Shown: one piece after another, positions 25,469 to 39,924 of the stretch
Position numbering within the stretch: position 1 is the stretch's first letter
Layout of the letters: every line of letters starts with the position of its first letter
From: Octopus vulgaris
Taxonomy: Eukaryota
Assembly (NCBI GenBank): GCA_951406725.2
Contig: OX597831.1
Location: forward strand, 47,492,001 to 47,556,000
Reading direction: 5' to 3'
DNA: 64,000 bases
Program-made: the position numbers and the translations under genes
Notes under the pieces: model-generated
The model's database searches: none
Told to the model about the DNA's origin: nothing
The model's input: only the letters and a program-made list of their open reading frames with translations

Positions 25469-27589
25469 TCAAGAATGATGAGTTGGCAGAATCAGTAACA
25501 TGACAGATAAATGTCCTGTAGTGTTTAGTTACATTCTCTGAGGTTCTGAGTTCAACTCTCACTCTGATCAACTTTGCCTTTCTTCTTTTCTAGGGTTACT
25601 AAAATAATGTGAAATACTAAGGGCAATTTAACCAGGTATACTCTGCTCAGAATATACATGGCTTTATATCAATGCTAGACATTATCAATAAAAATATAGA
25701 AACAACATACAAGCACATACATATAAATGTTTAAAAAGTTCTTGGAAATAAGTAGAAAACTTTTGGCATGCACTATAGAATCAATTAAAGAGCTAAAAGA
25801 TATTGTCAATTTATTAAACTTTCATTTGCTGGTAACTGTGCAAGGATATCGTATTGCAATAATTTTGCCTTTAGGTCAACAACCATTTTAACTGTTTACC
25901 TAAATCAATCAGAAATCTGGAAATGATACCTGTTGAAGTTTCTTCAAAAAAACACTTAGGGATATCTTAGTAATATGCTTGCTCAACAGACTAGAATCCA
26001 AACAGAACAGCCTCTGGCAATTCAATGAGACATCAACAACAAACAGATGAAGAACAGAATCATTGATAAATGAGTGTAAAAATATTGATTTTCATTTCCC
26101 ATATAATAACAGGGATGTAGTTGACTAAATCAATGCTGATATATTACAGTAATGGATTACATTTCACCCCAAAGGGAAAACTTCTCCTTATTTTTATGGT
26201 TTAATCAGAGAAAGAAAGGCAGCACCTGTGAATTTTTGCAGGTTGCGAAAGGAGAAAGCTACCCTCACGTCAGAGTTATTCTCAGGCTGGAATTGGTCTC
26301 AAACAGGAATTACTCCGACACTGGAGTGACTCCGATGCTAGAAGCCTAATCTGAATGCTTCTGATTGAGTGAACTCTGTGAAATGGCTATGAGGCCCTGC
26401 TAAATCAGGTGACAGATTAACTCTACTATCCAAAGACAGAAACAGTTTCTTCAAGGTTTCTGTTTACCACACTCACCCCACCAGCACTTGCCTGGTGCTA
26501 AAATTTTATCGACCTGGGAAGAATGAAAAGGGAAGTTTACTCCAGTTCTATTTGAACTCAGAACAAGAAAGAGATTAAATAACTAAATAACAAGATGGCC
26601 TTTTATCTGATACTCTATAAATATTATTTCTAATATGGGCACAAGGCCTGAAATTTGGAATGAGGCAGAGACTGAGTCAATATCATTAACCCCAGTATTT
26701 GACTGGTACAGGATGAACAACAAAGTTTGACCTTTGAAACTAGAATGTCAGAATGTGAAGTGTTGTAATACATACTACAAGGCATCTATTCCATTGCTCT
26801 AACAACTCTCTCAACTCATTGTCTTCTGATGCTTTGGATCAATACTTCTATTATGGACTGTCAAACAGAGGGCCCTGTTACTCTTTCACTTATTTGAGTC
26901 ATTGGACTGCGGCCATACTGGAGTACTGCCTTGAAGGGTTTTAGCTGATCATATCAACCCCAGTACTTAACTTTAAGTCTGGCACATGTCATATCAATAT
27001 CAGTTTGTACCAAACTGTTAAGCTGCAGAACTTGAACACAGAGCACTGCTTCTCAGGTGGTGTCAACATAAAACAAACACAGAAGTGAGTACATTCACAT
27101 ACACACCCAAAAACACATACCTGTGTATTTACACACATATTCATTTAATGTACATTATATTAAAACAAGAGCTATTGATAGCTTTTTGTTATTGAGACAC
27201 GTGGTTAGATAGATTTTCATAACATGCTTTGTGTCTCCAAACAAACTTCAGTCCCTGGATACATGGTTTGTTTTATTTCAGTAGAACAAACCATGTGTTA
27301 CAAGTAGCTTCTTGCCATTAAGTCATGGGGCTAGGCAGATTTTCATAATTTCAATAGAACAAACCATGTACCCAGACAGAGCCTGCAGATTGCACCAAGA
27401 CACAAGGCACATTATGGGAATCTGCCTTATCACATGTCTCCATGGTAAGAAACTGTTAGTTTCTCTTATTTTAATACTGTGTACATTAAATGATATTCAG
27501 TTCTCACTAGATGGAGTTAATTTTTGTTGATCAACCCTTAATGGAACAGTAAACTGTTTACATACATATATATGATACATACATATCTT

Positions 27590-27807
27590 TTATTTTTTTC
27601 ATCTTATACTTCTTTCAGTTAATGGACTGCGGCCATGCTGGAACACTGACTCGAAGGGTTTAGTCAAACAAATTAATACAGTGACTTACTTTTTAAAGTC
27701 TGCTACTTACACTGTCAGTCTCTTTTGCCAAACAGCTAAGGCATGGAAACATAAGTAAACCAAAACTGGATGCCAAGTGGTGGGGGAACAAACACAAAGA
27801 CATGCAT

Positions 27808-27873
<66 letters not shown>

Positions 27874-28110
27874 GAAATAGGTAAAAAGACTGATCAATAG
27901 ATGGACACAGACAGACATTCAGACAGACAAAAAGATATAGATACAACAAGCTTTCACACACTTTCCATGTACCAAACTACCAAATTCATTCTCAAAGCAC
28001 TGGTCAGTCAGGGACTACCGTAGAAGACACTTGCCCAAGGTGCCATGCAGTGGCACTGAACCCAAAACCATGTGGTTGCAAAGCAAGCTTCCTCACCAGA
28101 CAGCCACACA
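27590..28110 (-). mobile_element. SINE-B, diverged, with expanded (CA)n
   Basis: Tail at 27600-27800, head at 27960-28110. Confidence 0.8.
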
Positions 28111-29711
28111 CACCCACACACATACACACATGTGTTTGTATGTGTGTGTTTGTGTGTGTGTTACTGTCTCCCTGCCTTGATTTGCATGATAGTTGTAAAC
28201 AAGTGTCACTGTTGTGTTAGCGGTGCCCTTCATTTACAATCTTCTGTGAAAACATGTCTGATCATCAGGTAATATTACTTCACCTGGAAATGAGTGAGGG
28301 TTTCTATTTATGAATTTCACACACAAGTTATTGTAGAATACAACCGACCTCTGTATCATATAGTGGAACCAAATCCAAAATTACATGGTTTCATAGCGTC
28401 TTATCAGAAGCAACTGACATTACATTTTAGGTCTGGCTTCCTTAGCATGACCACCTGAGACACTGGATATTACCTCACTATTTTCCTTATGTTCTACCCT
28501 TAGATCTACTGCCAGTTGACCCAATTTGAAGAATCCTTAAAGATCATTTTATAAAATAAATATCACATGGTATTTTTAGAATGTATAGCATATTCTGCTG
28601 TTACTGTCCTTCCGTATTTGTTATCCTCAGTAATGTCTCACACACATATATACACATGAAGATGTCTTACACATACATACCACAGTGTCAAGTGTCTCAT
28701 GTAATATTTTATACTGATAAGGAGGCCTTTTGATCACATGACATCTTGTGATTGAACTGAAATTGACATAAACTGTATGGAGATCACTTGAATAGACTAT
28801 ATCTCACATGACCAACCAGACTATCAGGCGTTACATGTCTCTAGTCACAATATATTTTGCAATGTTTTAGCCTTTGAATGATGCCACTCAGCTGAGTAGG
28901 CAAACAGACCAACATTCTTCTTTCATAAAACGAAACTTTTTACTCAAGAATACAATGCACTAACTGGTCTGGGAATTGAACCTATGATCTAGCAATTGTA
29001 AGTGCAATAGCCTAAGCACTAGACCACACACTTTCACATGAGTATGTATATATATATATATATATATGAAAGAGAGATTCTGTCCATTTGTGTGACTGTT
29101 CATTTGTTTGTCCACCAAAATGAAAGTAAATGGTTCAAGGGAAGCTGTTATGTTTTTCTATATCTCCTCTTATGCTATTACCTAATTTGTCTCAACAAAA
29201 ATTTTGTAGTGCTACAACACTAATTGTGCACAAACCTATGAGGAACTGCATTGAGGCAAATATTCTCACTGGTTGTGGTAAAGGTTATACTGTCTTATTT
29301 CCTTGCACACCTGTTATACCAGTTTCTGGAAAGATTGGATCTTTTCTTTGGTGGCATATTTTTTCAATATTGTAAACCAAAAATTATGACCACAGAAGAA
29401 ATTATACAGTAATCTCTATTATTGTAAGCAATTGTGTGTCTTTATTTTTGTACACAGTATAAATTAACCAAATATAAGCACATGTATGAACTACTAATCT
29501 AATGGCAAATTTGCAACTGCTGCAATAATTAGTAACTAGTAACCGAATGGTAAATGTGTATTTTTATATACCTTGGAACTGCCACCTCATTGATTTTTGT
29601 CAAGAGTTTCTTCACCTCCTGCTGTGAAAATACACACATTTAGGAGGAGTAAATTATATATATAATAATACTTTGAATGTGGCTCCCGGGCAACAATGGG
29701 TATTGCTGCTA

Positions 29712-29761
<50 letters not shown>

Positions 29762-29765
<4 letters not shown>

Positions 29766-29990
29766 CTTTACTGCCCACAAAGGGCTAAACATAGAGGGGA
29801 TAAACAAGGACAGACAAAGGGATTAATTCAATTACATCGACCCCAGTGCGTAACTGGTACTTTATTTATCGACCCCGAAAGGATGAAAGGCAAAGTCGAC
29901 CTCGGGGGAATTTGAACTCAGAACGTAACGGCGGACGAAATACGGCTACGCATTTCGCCCGGCGTGCTAACGTTTCTGCCAGCTCACCGC

Positions 29991-29992
<2 letters not shown>
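29762..29992 (-). mobile_element. SINE-A (tail variant A1), young, inserted in (TA)n
   Basis: Full-length, CpG-rich copy. Confidence 0.9.
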
Positions 29993-30040
<48 letters not shown>

Positions 30041-30198
30041 ATATATATAGATTCTTTTAGTATTTTACTTATCTAAGTAATTTGACTGTGGCCATGCTGT
30101 AGCACTGCCTTGAAAGATTTTAGTCAAACAAATAAGTTACAGGAACATAAACGCACCAACAAACACAGACACAAAGACACACATATAGATATGTACAT

Positions 30199-30229
<31 letters not shown>

Positions 30230-31099
30230 AATACACACACACACACACACATATATGGTGGTAAACTTAAGCCATTACTCAAATTAAATTTGGGTGCTTT
30301 TAGTGGAATCCATTCTCTTACAAGCTTTCACAGCAATTTCTTTGGCTTGAGGATAATTCAACAAATATCATGTTTCAAAAATAAATTTCTATTATGAATA
30401 TGGCAAACAATTTAAAATACATTAAAGTTATAGCGAATTCTGCTATCACTTTCCTTCCATATTTGTTTCTCTTGGTTATAGCCTTTTCTCATTCTTGCAC
30501 ACATACATTCATGAAGATGTCTTACACACGCATCTGCCACTATGACAATTGTTTCTGGCAACGTTTTACTCAGAAAATATAGCTGAAACAACAATGTAAT
30601 TGTTACAGGTCACATGACCACCTTTCTTTTTTTGTTATAATGAAGTTTTATGGCTGGTCTAAACGAGTCACCTGACCACTTAATTGTTTTTTTAACCAAT
30701 CAGAATGCTTCTTTTTTTTATGCAAGTAATAATTTCACAAAGAGATTGTGTAGGCCATTTTTATGTTATTTTTCTTAAAGACTGTCTTCTACATGTCGGC
30801 AAACCAGACAGTCTCTCTCTCTCTTTCATTTGAAATACACTGACACAGAGATGTATGTACTCTCATATTTTCCTGACACACATGCCGATTTAAGTATTTG
30901 CTTTCTGAATGTTATATTTCAAGATCAATTGTTGTTCTTTCATTGATGTATTTTATCTCTGTAGTCCATTGAGAGCCAACTTTTCTTTTTTCCAATTTTA
31001 TCATTGTTAGATATATTTTTTCTATTGAAGAAGGAACCTATTTACCATCATAAATAATTCAACTTCAAACCCAACAAAAATTATGCTAAAAAGTCACTT

Positions 31100-31483
31100 T
31101 ATTCTTTTTACTCTTTTACATGTTTCAGTCATTTGACTGTGGCCATGCTGGAGCACCACCTTTAGTCAAGAAAATCGACCCCAGGTCTTATTCTTTGTAA
31201 GCCTAGTACTTATTCTATCATTCTCTTTTGTTGAACTGCTAAGTTACGAGGACGTAAAAACACACCAGCATCGGTTGTCAAGGGATGTTGACACACAAAC
31301 ACAGACACACAAACACACACACACACATATATATATACATATACATATATATGACAGGCTTCTTTCAGTTTCCGTCTACCAAATCCACTCACAAGGCTCT
31401 GGTCAGCCCGAGGTGCCATGCAGTGGGACTGAGCCCGGAACCATGTGGTTGGTAAGCAAGCTACTTACCACACAGCCACTCCT
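31100..31483 (-). mobile_element. SINE-B followed by (CATA)n
   Basis: Matches the family consensus. Confidence 0.88.
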
Positions 31484-31620
31484 GCATGCATGCATACATA
31501 CATACATACATACATACATACATACATACATGCAAACATACATACATACATACATACATACATACATACATACATACATACATACATACACACACATACA
31601 TACATACATACATACATACA

Positions 31621-31651
<31 letters not shown>

Positions 31652-32025
31652 GATAATATGGAAAAATATTTCCTCTAATGCATAGACTTCCTTTTGAAGT
31701 GCTCAGGATGTTAAACCTGAGGGGTTAGAATAATGCAGAAGTAAGAATCAAAGCTAGGCAAATCAAGTTCACATATGCATTTATATTTATTCAGTCCTAG
31801 ACCCAGCATGTATGAAATTCTCTGAAAGTATATTCAATATATCAAACATACCAGCAACATATAGATATATAAGAATATATAGAGTAATCAATAGATTGAA
31901 AATATACATATAAAAATATAATATATAGAAATATACATTAAAAATATATTGAAAAAGAAAATACATATATAGGTCAACTTATTGATTATAAAATGAAGTC
32001 ATAAAAAGAGTTAAGAGTCTTTAAA

Positions 32026-32815
32026 AATGTTTGGGTATTGCTAATCTTGTTAATAATCCTATGGCTGTTTCAAGGGGCTTCGTTAGCCTGTCATATAAAA
32101 GATATGTACATCCGTTATAGGACATCACCTCCTTCATCAGGAAAAATAAGTTTCTAAAAAAGCCTTATAAGCCATTTACAAACAGGTTTTACTCAACATT
32201 TATGCTTACTTTGTACTTGTACTTGTGACGGCGTTCACCTAGTGCGGGTTGAGCCGGCTTCTTCTCTGGTCCTAACGGCATCATGAACCATGGTGGCCCA
32301 TGCTCGACAGTCCCGTGTGAGGTCACTGGAGATAGCGAGCCATTCGCGGTTCCATCTGCGCAGACCGACCACCTTCTTCTATGAATCCAACATTTATGCA
32401 TCATGATTCTGGATAGAGGTGAGAACCAGCCTTCACACCAAATGAAATATTTTTGTAAAATAATCCAACACTCCCCACCTCTACCTATAGAGCCTTATTT
32501 TATCATGCATTATATCATGATGATGATGATGATGATGATGTAACTCCTCCTCCAGCCACTCAAAAACAATTACGCTTCCTGGTCTTTTGCATATAGCTCT
32601 ATAAAAACACTAAATAATTCTATAAAAACACTCAGTAGGTAATTCCCATTAAAAAAACAAAAGGCATTACTTGCGAGGCTTTTTTAGAAACTTATTTTCT
32701 CTGATGAAGGAGGTGGTACCCTATAATGGATGTAGATATCTTTTATATGACAGGACAACTGAAACCCCAGAAACGGCTGTAGGGTTATTAACAGGATTAA
32801 CAATACCCAAACATT
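32026..32815. mobile_element. Inverted pair of ~140 bp Penelope-like pLTR segments, each with a hammerhead-like motif
   Basis: 32026-32166 (-) and 32676-32815 (+) are diverged inverted copies. Plus copy: TCT-CTGATGA-AGGAGG...CCCCA-GAAAC-GGCT-GTA-GGG. Confidence 0.7.
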
Positions 32816-33009
32816 CTGTATGCTAAAAGGTTAAAAGTGGTATATTTTTGTACCTTATCTACTATATGTCACTTAGTCATTATAAAGTCATCAACTTGGA
32901 ATACTACTATGAAACAAAGTACAAAAACTTTTTGTATCACTATCCACCTAAATGAGAATGAAAGAAAAACAAGTTACTGTTAAAATCTTTAGTATATAGC
33001 AAGCAAACA

Positions 33010-34460
33010 AGACAACCACAGGTGGAAGTATTTGTTTGTTATCTTTCTTCTGAGGTAATTGTGAAAGAAGATATGCTGCATTTGATGAAATTAACAGAAA
33101 CGACTTGTGGTGGTTATATAACAAAATGCATTTGACAGAGCCCTAACAAATGCTGGTGTTCCACTGAATAAATTTATCAGTGTTGCAACAAATGAAGCTC
33201 CTGAAATGATGGAGAAAAATTGCTGGATTAATTGCACTTATGAAAAGTGATCCCTGTTTGTTGTAATATTCACTGTGGATACAAAAGCAACCAGACACTT
33301 CATGTATGAATGTGCTATGAAATCTGTCCTTGACATTATGAATTTCATATGTTTAAATGGGAAGACCTGAAAACAGTTCAGAAATTTTAGGAAAAGACTG
33401 AAGTGTGAAGATAAACCCAAGCATGCATCATGGTGAGGTGACTATCAACCAATAGCATCTTGAGTGGGTTTGTGGATCTATTGGAGCCTGTTATTACATT
33501 TGTTAAAGAAAAGAATCTATTCTCCACTAGAAAATGATGAATGGATGCAAAATCTGATATTCTTTACTGATATAAGGAATCATTTACAAACTCTTGACTT
33601 GGCACTCCAAGGAAAAGATAAGATTATTTCTGATCTTACCTAGACAGTTTTTCAGTTTTCAGAATATAAAATAAAAGCTTTTCAAAAAGACATATTTTTC
33701 AAGAAATTTTAGTTATGTACCGTCTTAGAAGGAGAATAAATACATTCCCTGATACTGAAATAAATACCTATTTCTTTACTAGCCACAAGGGGCTAAACAC
33801 AGAGAGGACAAACAAGGACAGACAAATGGATTAAGTCGATTATATCGATCCCAGTGCATGACTGGTACTTATTTAATCAACCTCGAAAGGATGAAAGGCA
33901 AAGTAGACCTCGGTGGAAATTGAACTCAGAACGTAGTGGCAGACGAAATACTGCTAAGCATTTCGCCCGGCGTGCTAATGTTTCTGCCAGCTCGCTGCCT
34001 TCTTGATACTGAAATAAATACCATAAACTGAAAGAATACAAGCATAAATTACAAGGACTGTTTGGTAGTTTGGTAATTTCTTAACCAGGGCTGGTGACAT
34101 GCGAAACATGACGTCCTGCTTCATCTTCCTTGCAAATCAATTCATGGTTAATGTCATCAATGATGGTTGTTCAATTCTCAAACCTCTAGTTATGGAATCA
34201 TCTGTTGTGGAAACAGAACTTATGAAATTACAGGAGGACCTTGGTCTAAAGATGATCTGTAAATCTCGGTTCACAAGTGAGTTCTGGAGACAAATTCCAG
34301 AAATAAAATATCCGGAATTGAAGGAAACTAGTGTGTGACCCATCTCAATTTTCAGTGCAACATACTGCTGTAAACGACTATACACTAAAATGCAGTTTGT
34401 GACATCTAAGAAACATGCAAACCTTTACAAACTGCCACCTAATTCATGCAGAATATTGGC
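33010..34460 (+). pseudogene. Decayed hAT transposase (Charlie/SPIN/GTF2IRD2-like), interrupted by a SINE-A
   Basis: IVKEDMLHL, SVATNEAPEM (TDGAP.M), FFTDI..HLQTLDLALQGKDK, EFWRQIPEIKYPELK, IFSATYCCKR. Candidate right TIR GCCACCCCTG at ~35759-35768. Confidence 0.8.
33769..34003 (-). mobile_element. SINE-A1 with a 19-bp target-site duplication
   Basis: TSD TGATACTGAAATAAATACC at 33750-33768 and 34004-34022. Confidence 0.92.
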
Positions 34461-34840
34461 CAGCTTTTTAAAAACTTGGCTATAGTTTTAACAACTATAG
34501 CCACGATGGAAACCCAGTAGCAATAAAGAACAGCTTTGATAGCCTGATATTTGTTGTATTATCTGTTTGTCATATAAATATTATAAGACTTACCTTTCAA
34601 AGTAAGACCTGATTTAAATATCTCAAATTTTATTGTTTCACTTTATTACACATTTTCCTTTATCTTTTGGCCATATATTTACTAGGATAAACAAATATTA
34701 AATTCCTTTTAACTTTATTTTTGGCTATTTAATTTTATGTTACTGAAATGCAAATTTGAAAATTTTTCTTAAATGTTCCTATAGTTCATTATTGTATTAA
34801 ATAGATTAAAACTTCTGTGTATAAACTGAAACTGATACAA

Positions 34841-35110
34841 TAACCCTTTAGCATTTAATCAAGCCATATTTAGCCCAAATATTCTATATGTTTTACATTA
34901 AAAACTAACCAGACTCAACCTTTCACACCTACGCTACAATGTCAAGGCATGGGAGTGACTGTGTGATAAGTAGCTTGCTTAAGAACCACATGGTTCCAGG
35001 TTCAGTCCCACTGTGTAGCACTTTGGGCAAGTGTCTTCTATTATAGCCTCAGGCCAACCAAAGCCTTGTGAGTGGATTTGGTAGATGGAAACTGAAAGAA
35101 GCCTGTCGTA

Positions 35111-35153
<43 letters not shown>

Positions 35154-35480
35154 ATGTGTGTGTATATGTTTTTGTGTCTGTGTTTGTCTCCCCAACATTG
35201 CTTGACAACTGATGCTGGTGTGTTTAAGAGTGGTTCGGCAAAAGAGACCAATAGAATAAGTACTTGGCTTACAAAGAATAAGTCCTGGGGTTGATTTGCC
35301 TCGACTAAAGGCGGTGCTCCAGGACCATATATAACTGCTATAGACACTTTTATCAAATAATTACATCACATTTGAAATATTTGAAATCTTGAAGCTACAA
35401 GATAATGCATGATTAATTCAAAGCTATGTGAATAAATAAACAATACATTTGACAAAGAAATCTGAATGTTAAAGAGTAAA
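34841..35480. mobile_element. piggyBac-type MITE interrupted by SINE-B (34945-35322)
   Basis: Ends TAACCCTTTAGCATT ... AATGTTAAAGAGTAA. Confidence 0.55.
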
Positions 35481-35831
35481 AAAAAAACCCCATTCATGAA
35501 TAAATACTATTGCATATATACATAATGTGTAACAATTAAAACATATTCTTCTATTTTACTTGTTTCAGACTGTGTTCATGTTGGGGCACAACCTTAAAGG
35601 TGTTTAGTCAATCATATCACTACCAGTACATATATTTTGTTTATCTAAGTTGCAGGACATAAACGCTGACTCACATGCAAATGTAAATTTTGTTCATGTT
35701 TTATGACTCTCAAACATGTGAACTTTATTGGATGTGGCTTGTATGTTAAGCAAGTTTAGCCACCCCTGACAAAGAATCTCTGTTGTTGCCTTGTGCTTAA
35801 TGCATGTAAATGGTATTGGTTAATAACTTGT

Positions 35832-35834
35832 GTA

Positions 35835-35901
<67 letters not shown>

Positions 35902-35994
35902 GTAATCTATCTATCGTAATCTATCTATCTATCGTAATCTATCTATCTATCTATCTATCGTAATCTATCTATCATAATCTATCTATCTATCGTA

Positions 35995-36033
<39 letters not shown>

Positions 36034-36098
36034 GTAATCTATCTATCGTAATCTATCTATCTATCGTAATCTATCTATCTATCTATCTATCTGTCGTA

Positions 36099-36179
<81 letters not shown>

Positions 36180-36198
36180 CCTATCTATCTATCTATCT
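35832..36198. repeat. (TCTA)n array with recurrent CGTAA interruptions
   Basis: Seen directly. Confidence 0.95.
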
Positions 36199-36199
36199 G

Positions 36200-36367
36200 T
36201 AGGAGTGGCTGTGTGGTAAGTAGCTTGCTTACCAACCACATGGTTCCGGGTTCAGTCCTACTGCGTGGCACCTTGAGCAAGTGTCTCCTACTATAGCCTT
36301 AGGCTGGCCAAAGCCTTGTGAGTGAATTTGGTAAAAAGAAACTGAAAGAAGCCCGTTGTATATATAA

Positions 36368-36407
<40 letters not shown>

Positions 36408-36578
36408 GTGTGTGTATATGTTTGTCTCCCCAACATCGCTTGACAGCCGATGCTGTTGTGTTTACGTCCCTGTAACTTAGCGGTTTGGTAAAATAAGTAC
36501 TAGGCTTAGAAAGAATAAGTGCTGTGGTCGATTTGGTCGACTGAAGGCGGTCAAATGACTGAAACAAGTAAAAGAGTA
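36200..36578 (+). mobile_element. SINE-B
   Basis: Matches the family consensus. Confidence 0.88.
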
Positions 36579-36880
36579 TATCAACTGGGGTAGAAAATAA
36601 AGAGCTCAGCCAACATATTTCCACAAACTGCATATATTAATGGTCAAAGAGCTGCATGAAGCTTATGTGCCATGATTTGGCCACCCCTGTTCTGTGATGA
36701 ATCGATGTGCTAGAAATAACAGCCAAGTATATCACAAATCATACAATCCTGTTTCAAAGCAGTAAAAAAAAATCAAATACCTGGAGATGTTGAGACAATT
36801 TAGCTCTAGATATGACAAAAGTTTGGATGGTCACTACTAGAATGTGTTCAATCCCATATCTGCGAAGTTAGAGAAGGTTT

Positions 36881-37175
36881 GGCACATGGCCTAGTGGTTA
36901 GAGCAGTGGACTCGTGGTTGAAGGATCACGGGTTCGAATCTCAGACTGGGTGATGTGTGTGTTTATGAGCGAAAAACCTAAGTTCAACGTGGCTCTGGCA
37001 GAAGGTAATGGCAAACTTCTGCTGACTCTTTCGCCATAACTTTCTCTCACTCTTTCTTCCTGCATCTAGCAGTTCACCTGCGACGGACCAGCGTTCCGTC
37101 CAGGACGGGAACCTACGCACCAAGGAAACTGGGAAACCGGCCCTTATGAGCCAGGCGTGGCTCGAGAAGGAACAA
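36881..37175 (+). mobile_element. SINE with a SINE-C head and a different (V-domain-like) body
   Basis: First ~190 bp align to 278-465, then CCTGCGACGGACCAGCGTTCCGTCCAGG, which resembles the V-SINE core from memory. Confidence 0.65.
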
Positions 37176-37853
37176 ACAAAAAACAAAATACAAGAAGAAG
37201 AAAAAAAAACAGAGAGAAAAGAAGAGGAGAGTATAAAAATAACAACAACAGCAAAAAACAACATAGACAAGTGTAACAACAACAAGAATATAACAAAGTG
37301 AGAGAGTTTTTAACTTGACACAGAAGCAATGCAGAATAACCCGTAAAGAACTGTTTTCCAAAGTAAATCTTTAGTTCCAGAAATATATTGGCAATACTGC
37401 AAATTATAGATTCCAAATTTACCTACGGCATATTCTTTCATAGGACCATATATAACTGTTATAGACACTTTTATCAAATAATTATATCACATTTGAAATA
37501 TGGGTCTCTAATTTCTGTTGACAGATAGTGTCAAGTATTCTTAAATAAAACTTGCAGAATATGCATCGGTGTTTGGGAATGCATAGGTGTGTATGAATGA
37601 ATGAATGAACACAGAGATATGTGTGTATGTGTGTACATACATATGTGTGCTTGTAAACACACACACTCACACACACATATATATATATGTAAAACATACA
37701 AACATATATAAACACATACATAATACATACATATATTGATATACATTATATACAGATATATGCATATATATATATATACACACCCACACATAATCTATAT
37801 ATGTATGTTGTTATTATGTTGTTATCATCAATCATCATATATGCACAAACACA

Positions 37854-37899
<46 letters not shown>

Positions 37900-37955
37900 G
37901 TGTGTATGTATAAATATATATATATATACACACACACACATATATGATGATATTG

Positions 37956-38062
<107 letters not shown>

Positions 38063-38427
38063 GAGGTACCCAAACCCAAAAGTAACTGGAAACATTCTCT
38101 GTGGGACAAACCCATTGCAGTTCAGGCTTCCGCTGCTAGAAGCCACTTGATGTAACCCCCAGGCATCAGTATGCTGACTGGCAGTTTTTCATCCAGGAAA
38201 AAATTCCTTTAAAGACATATAATGTTAAAAAACACAATATGCTTTAGAGTTAGGTGAAATGACATCACCCCAGAAGTGATCATGAGAGTGGCACAAATGC
38301 CATATTTTACCATGTTTGCAGCTGAACATTGCTGCATGCTTGTGTCACTTTTGAAGCAAAATAAAAATCACTAGTCTGAAGTGATAGTGTATAAACTATT
38401 TACTGATTTACAAAGACATTGTATAAG

Positions 38428-39072
38428 TATTGGGTTGGCAACTAAGTTCTTGCCGGTTTTTTAAAATTTTGGAATTGATTGCGTTTTTAAATTTTGGAAT
38501 CTATTTTTTTCAAGAGTTCTATTTTTCAGTCATTTTTTAATCTATTTTAATTTTAGTTAATTTTTGTTTATTTTCAGATCATTAAAATGGAATGTCAAGT
38601 TAAGAAAAATGAGCATTTCCGACACCTCCTTCTTTTTGCTATTAATCAAGGTTCTGAGGCCACAAAAGCTGCTCATGATATTTGTGCTGTGTATGGAGAG
38701 AGTGCTGAAAGAACTGCTCGTGATTGGTATGCCAAGTTGAAAAATTAAAATTTTGACCTCAAAGACAAACCTCGTTCTGGCCATCCAGTTGAGTTCAATG
38801 GAGAGCGATTAAACCAACTTTTGTATGAAAATTCTTGTCAAATGACACGGGAACGGGCAGAGAAAGTGGAATGCTCCCATGCTGCTATAGAGAAGCATCT
38901 TCACTCGAAGGGAAAGGTTCAAAAGTATGGAGCATGGGTTCTGCATGCTTTAAGTGACAACAAGAAAAATCAACGAGCCACAATATCCACTGGTTTGCTT
39001 GCTCGTCACCGCTCAACTCATAGATACAAGCAGTGATTTCTTTACCGAATCATTACTGGTAACAAAAAATGG
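38428..39072 (+). pseudogene. Mariner transposon 5' part (TIR plus transposase N-terminus), truncated by SINE-B
   Basis: TIR-like TATTGGGTTGGCAACTAAGT. ATG 38587: MECQVKKNEHFRHLLLF..., PRSGHP, WVLHAL (WVPHEL), IITGNKKW (TGDEKW); in-frame stops. Confidence 0.9.
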
Positions 39073-39220
39073 TGCTGTGGTAAGTAGCTTGCTTACCAAC
39101 CACATGGTTCTGGATTCAGTCCCACTGTGTGGCATCTTGAGCAAGTGTCTTCTTCTATAGCCTCGGGCCGACCAAAGCCTTGTGAGTGGATTTGGTAGAT
39201 GGAAACTGAAAGAAGCCCAT

Positions 39221-39255
<35 letters not shown>

Positions 39256-39890
39256 ATGTTTTTGTGTCTGTTTTTGTCCCCCAAACTTCGCTTGACAACC
39301 GATGCTGGTGTATTTACATCGCTGTAACTTAGCAGTTTGGCAAAAGAGACCGATAGAATAAGTACTAGGCTTGCAAAGAATAAGTCCTGGAGTCGATTTG
39401 CTCGACTAAAGGCAGTGCTCCAGCATGGCCATAGTCAAATGACTGAAACAAGTAAAAGAGATAAAAGAGAAAGAGGGACATAGGCGCAGGAGTGGCTGTG
39501 TGGTAAGAAGCTTGCTTCCCAACTGCATGGTTCCAGGTTCAGTCCCGCTGCTTGGCACTTTGGGCAAGTGTCTTCTACTATAGCCTCGGGCTGACCAAAG
39601 CCTTGTGAGTGGATTTGGTGAAGGGAAACTGAAAGAAGCTTGTTATATATATAAATGTATATGTGTGTAAGTAATTGTGTGTCTGTGTTTGTCCTCCCAC
39701 CATCACTTGACTGCTGATGTTGGTGTGTTTACGCCCCCGTAACTTAGCGGTTCAGCAAAAGAGACCAATAGAATAAGTAATAGGCTTACAAAGAATAAGT
39801 GCAAGGGTTGATTTGTTTGACTAAAGGTGGTACTCCAGTATGGCCACAGTCAAATGACAGAAGGAAGTAAAAGAATAGAAGAATAAAAAG
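39073..39890 (+). mobile_element. Two tandem SINE-B copies
   Basis: 39073-39475 and 39480-39890. Confidence 0.9.
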
Positions 39891-39924
39891 GTGTGTGTGT
39901 GTGTTTAAATGGTAAAAGATGAAA

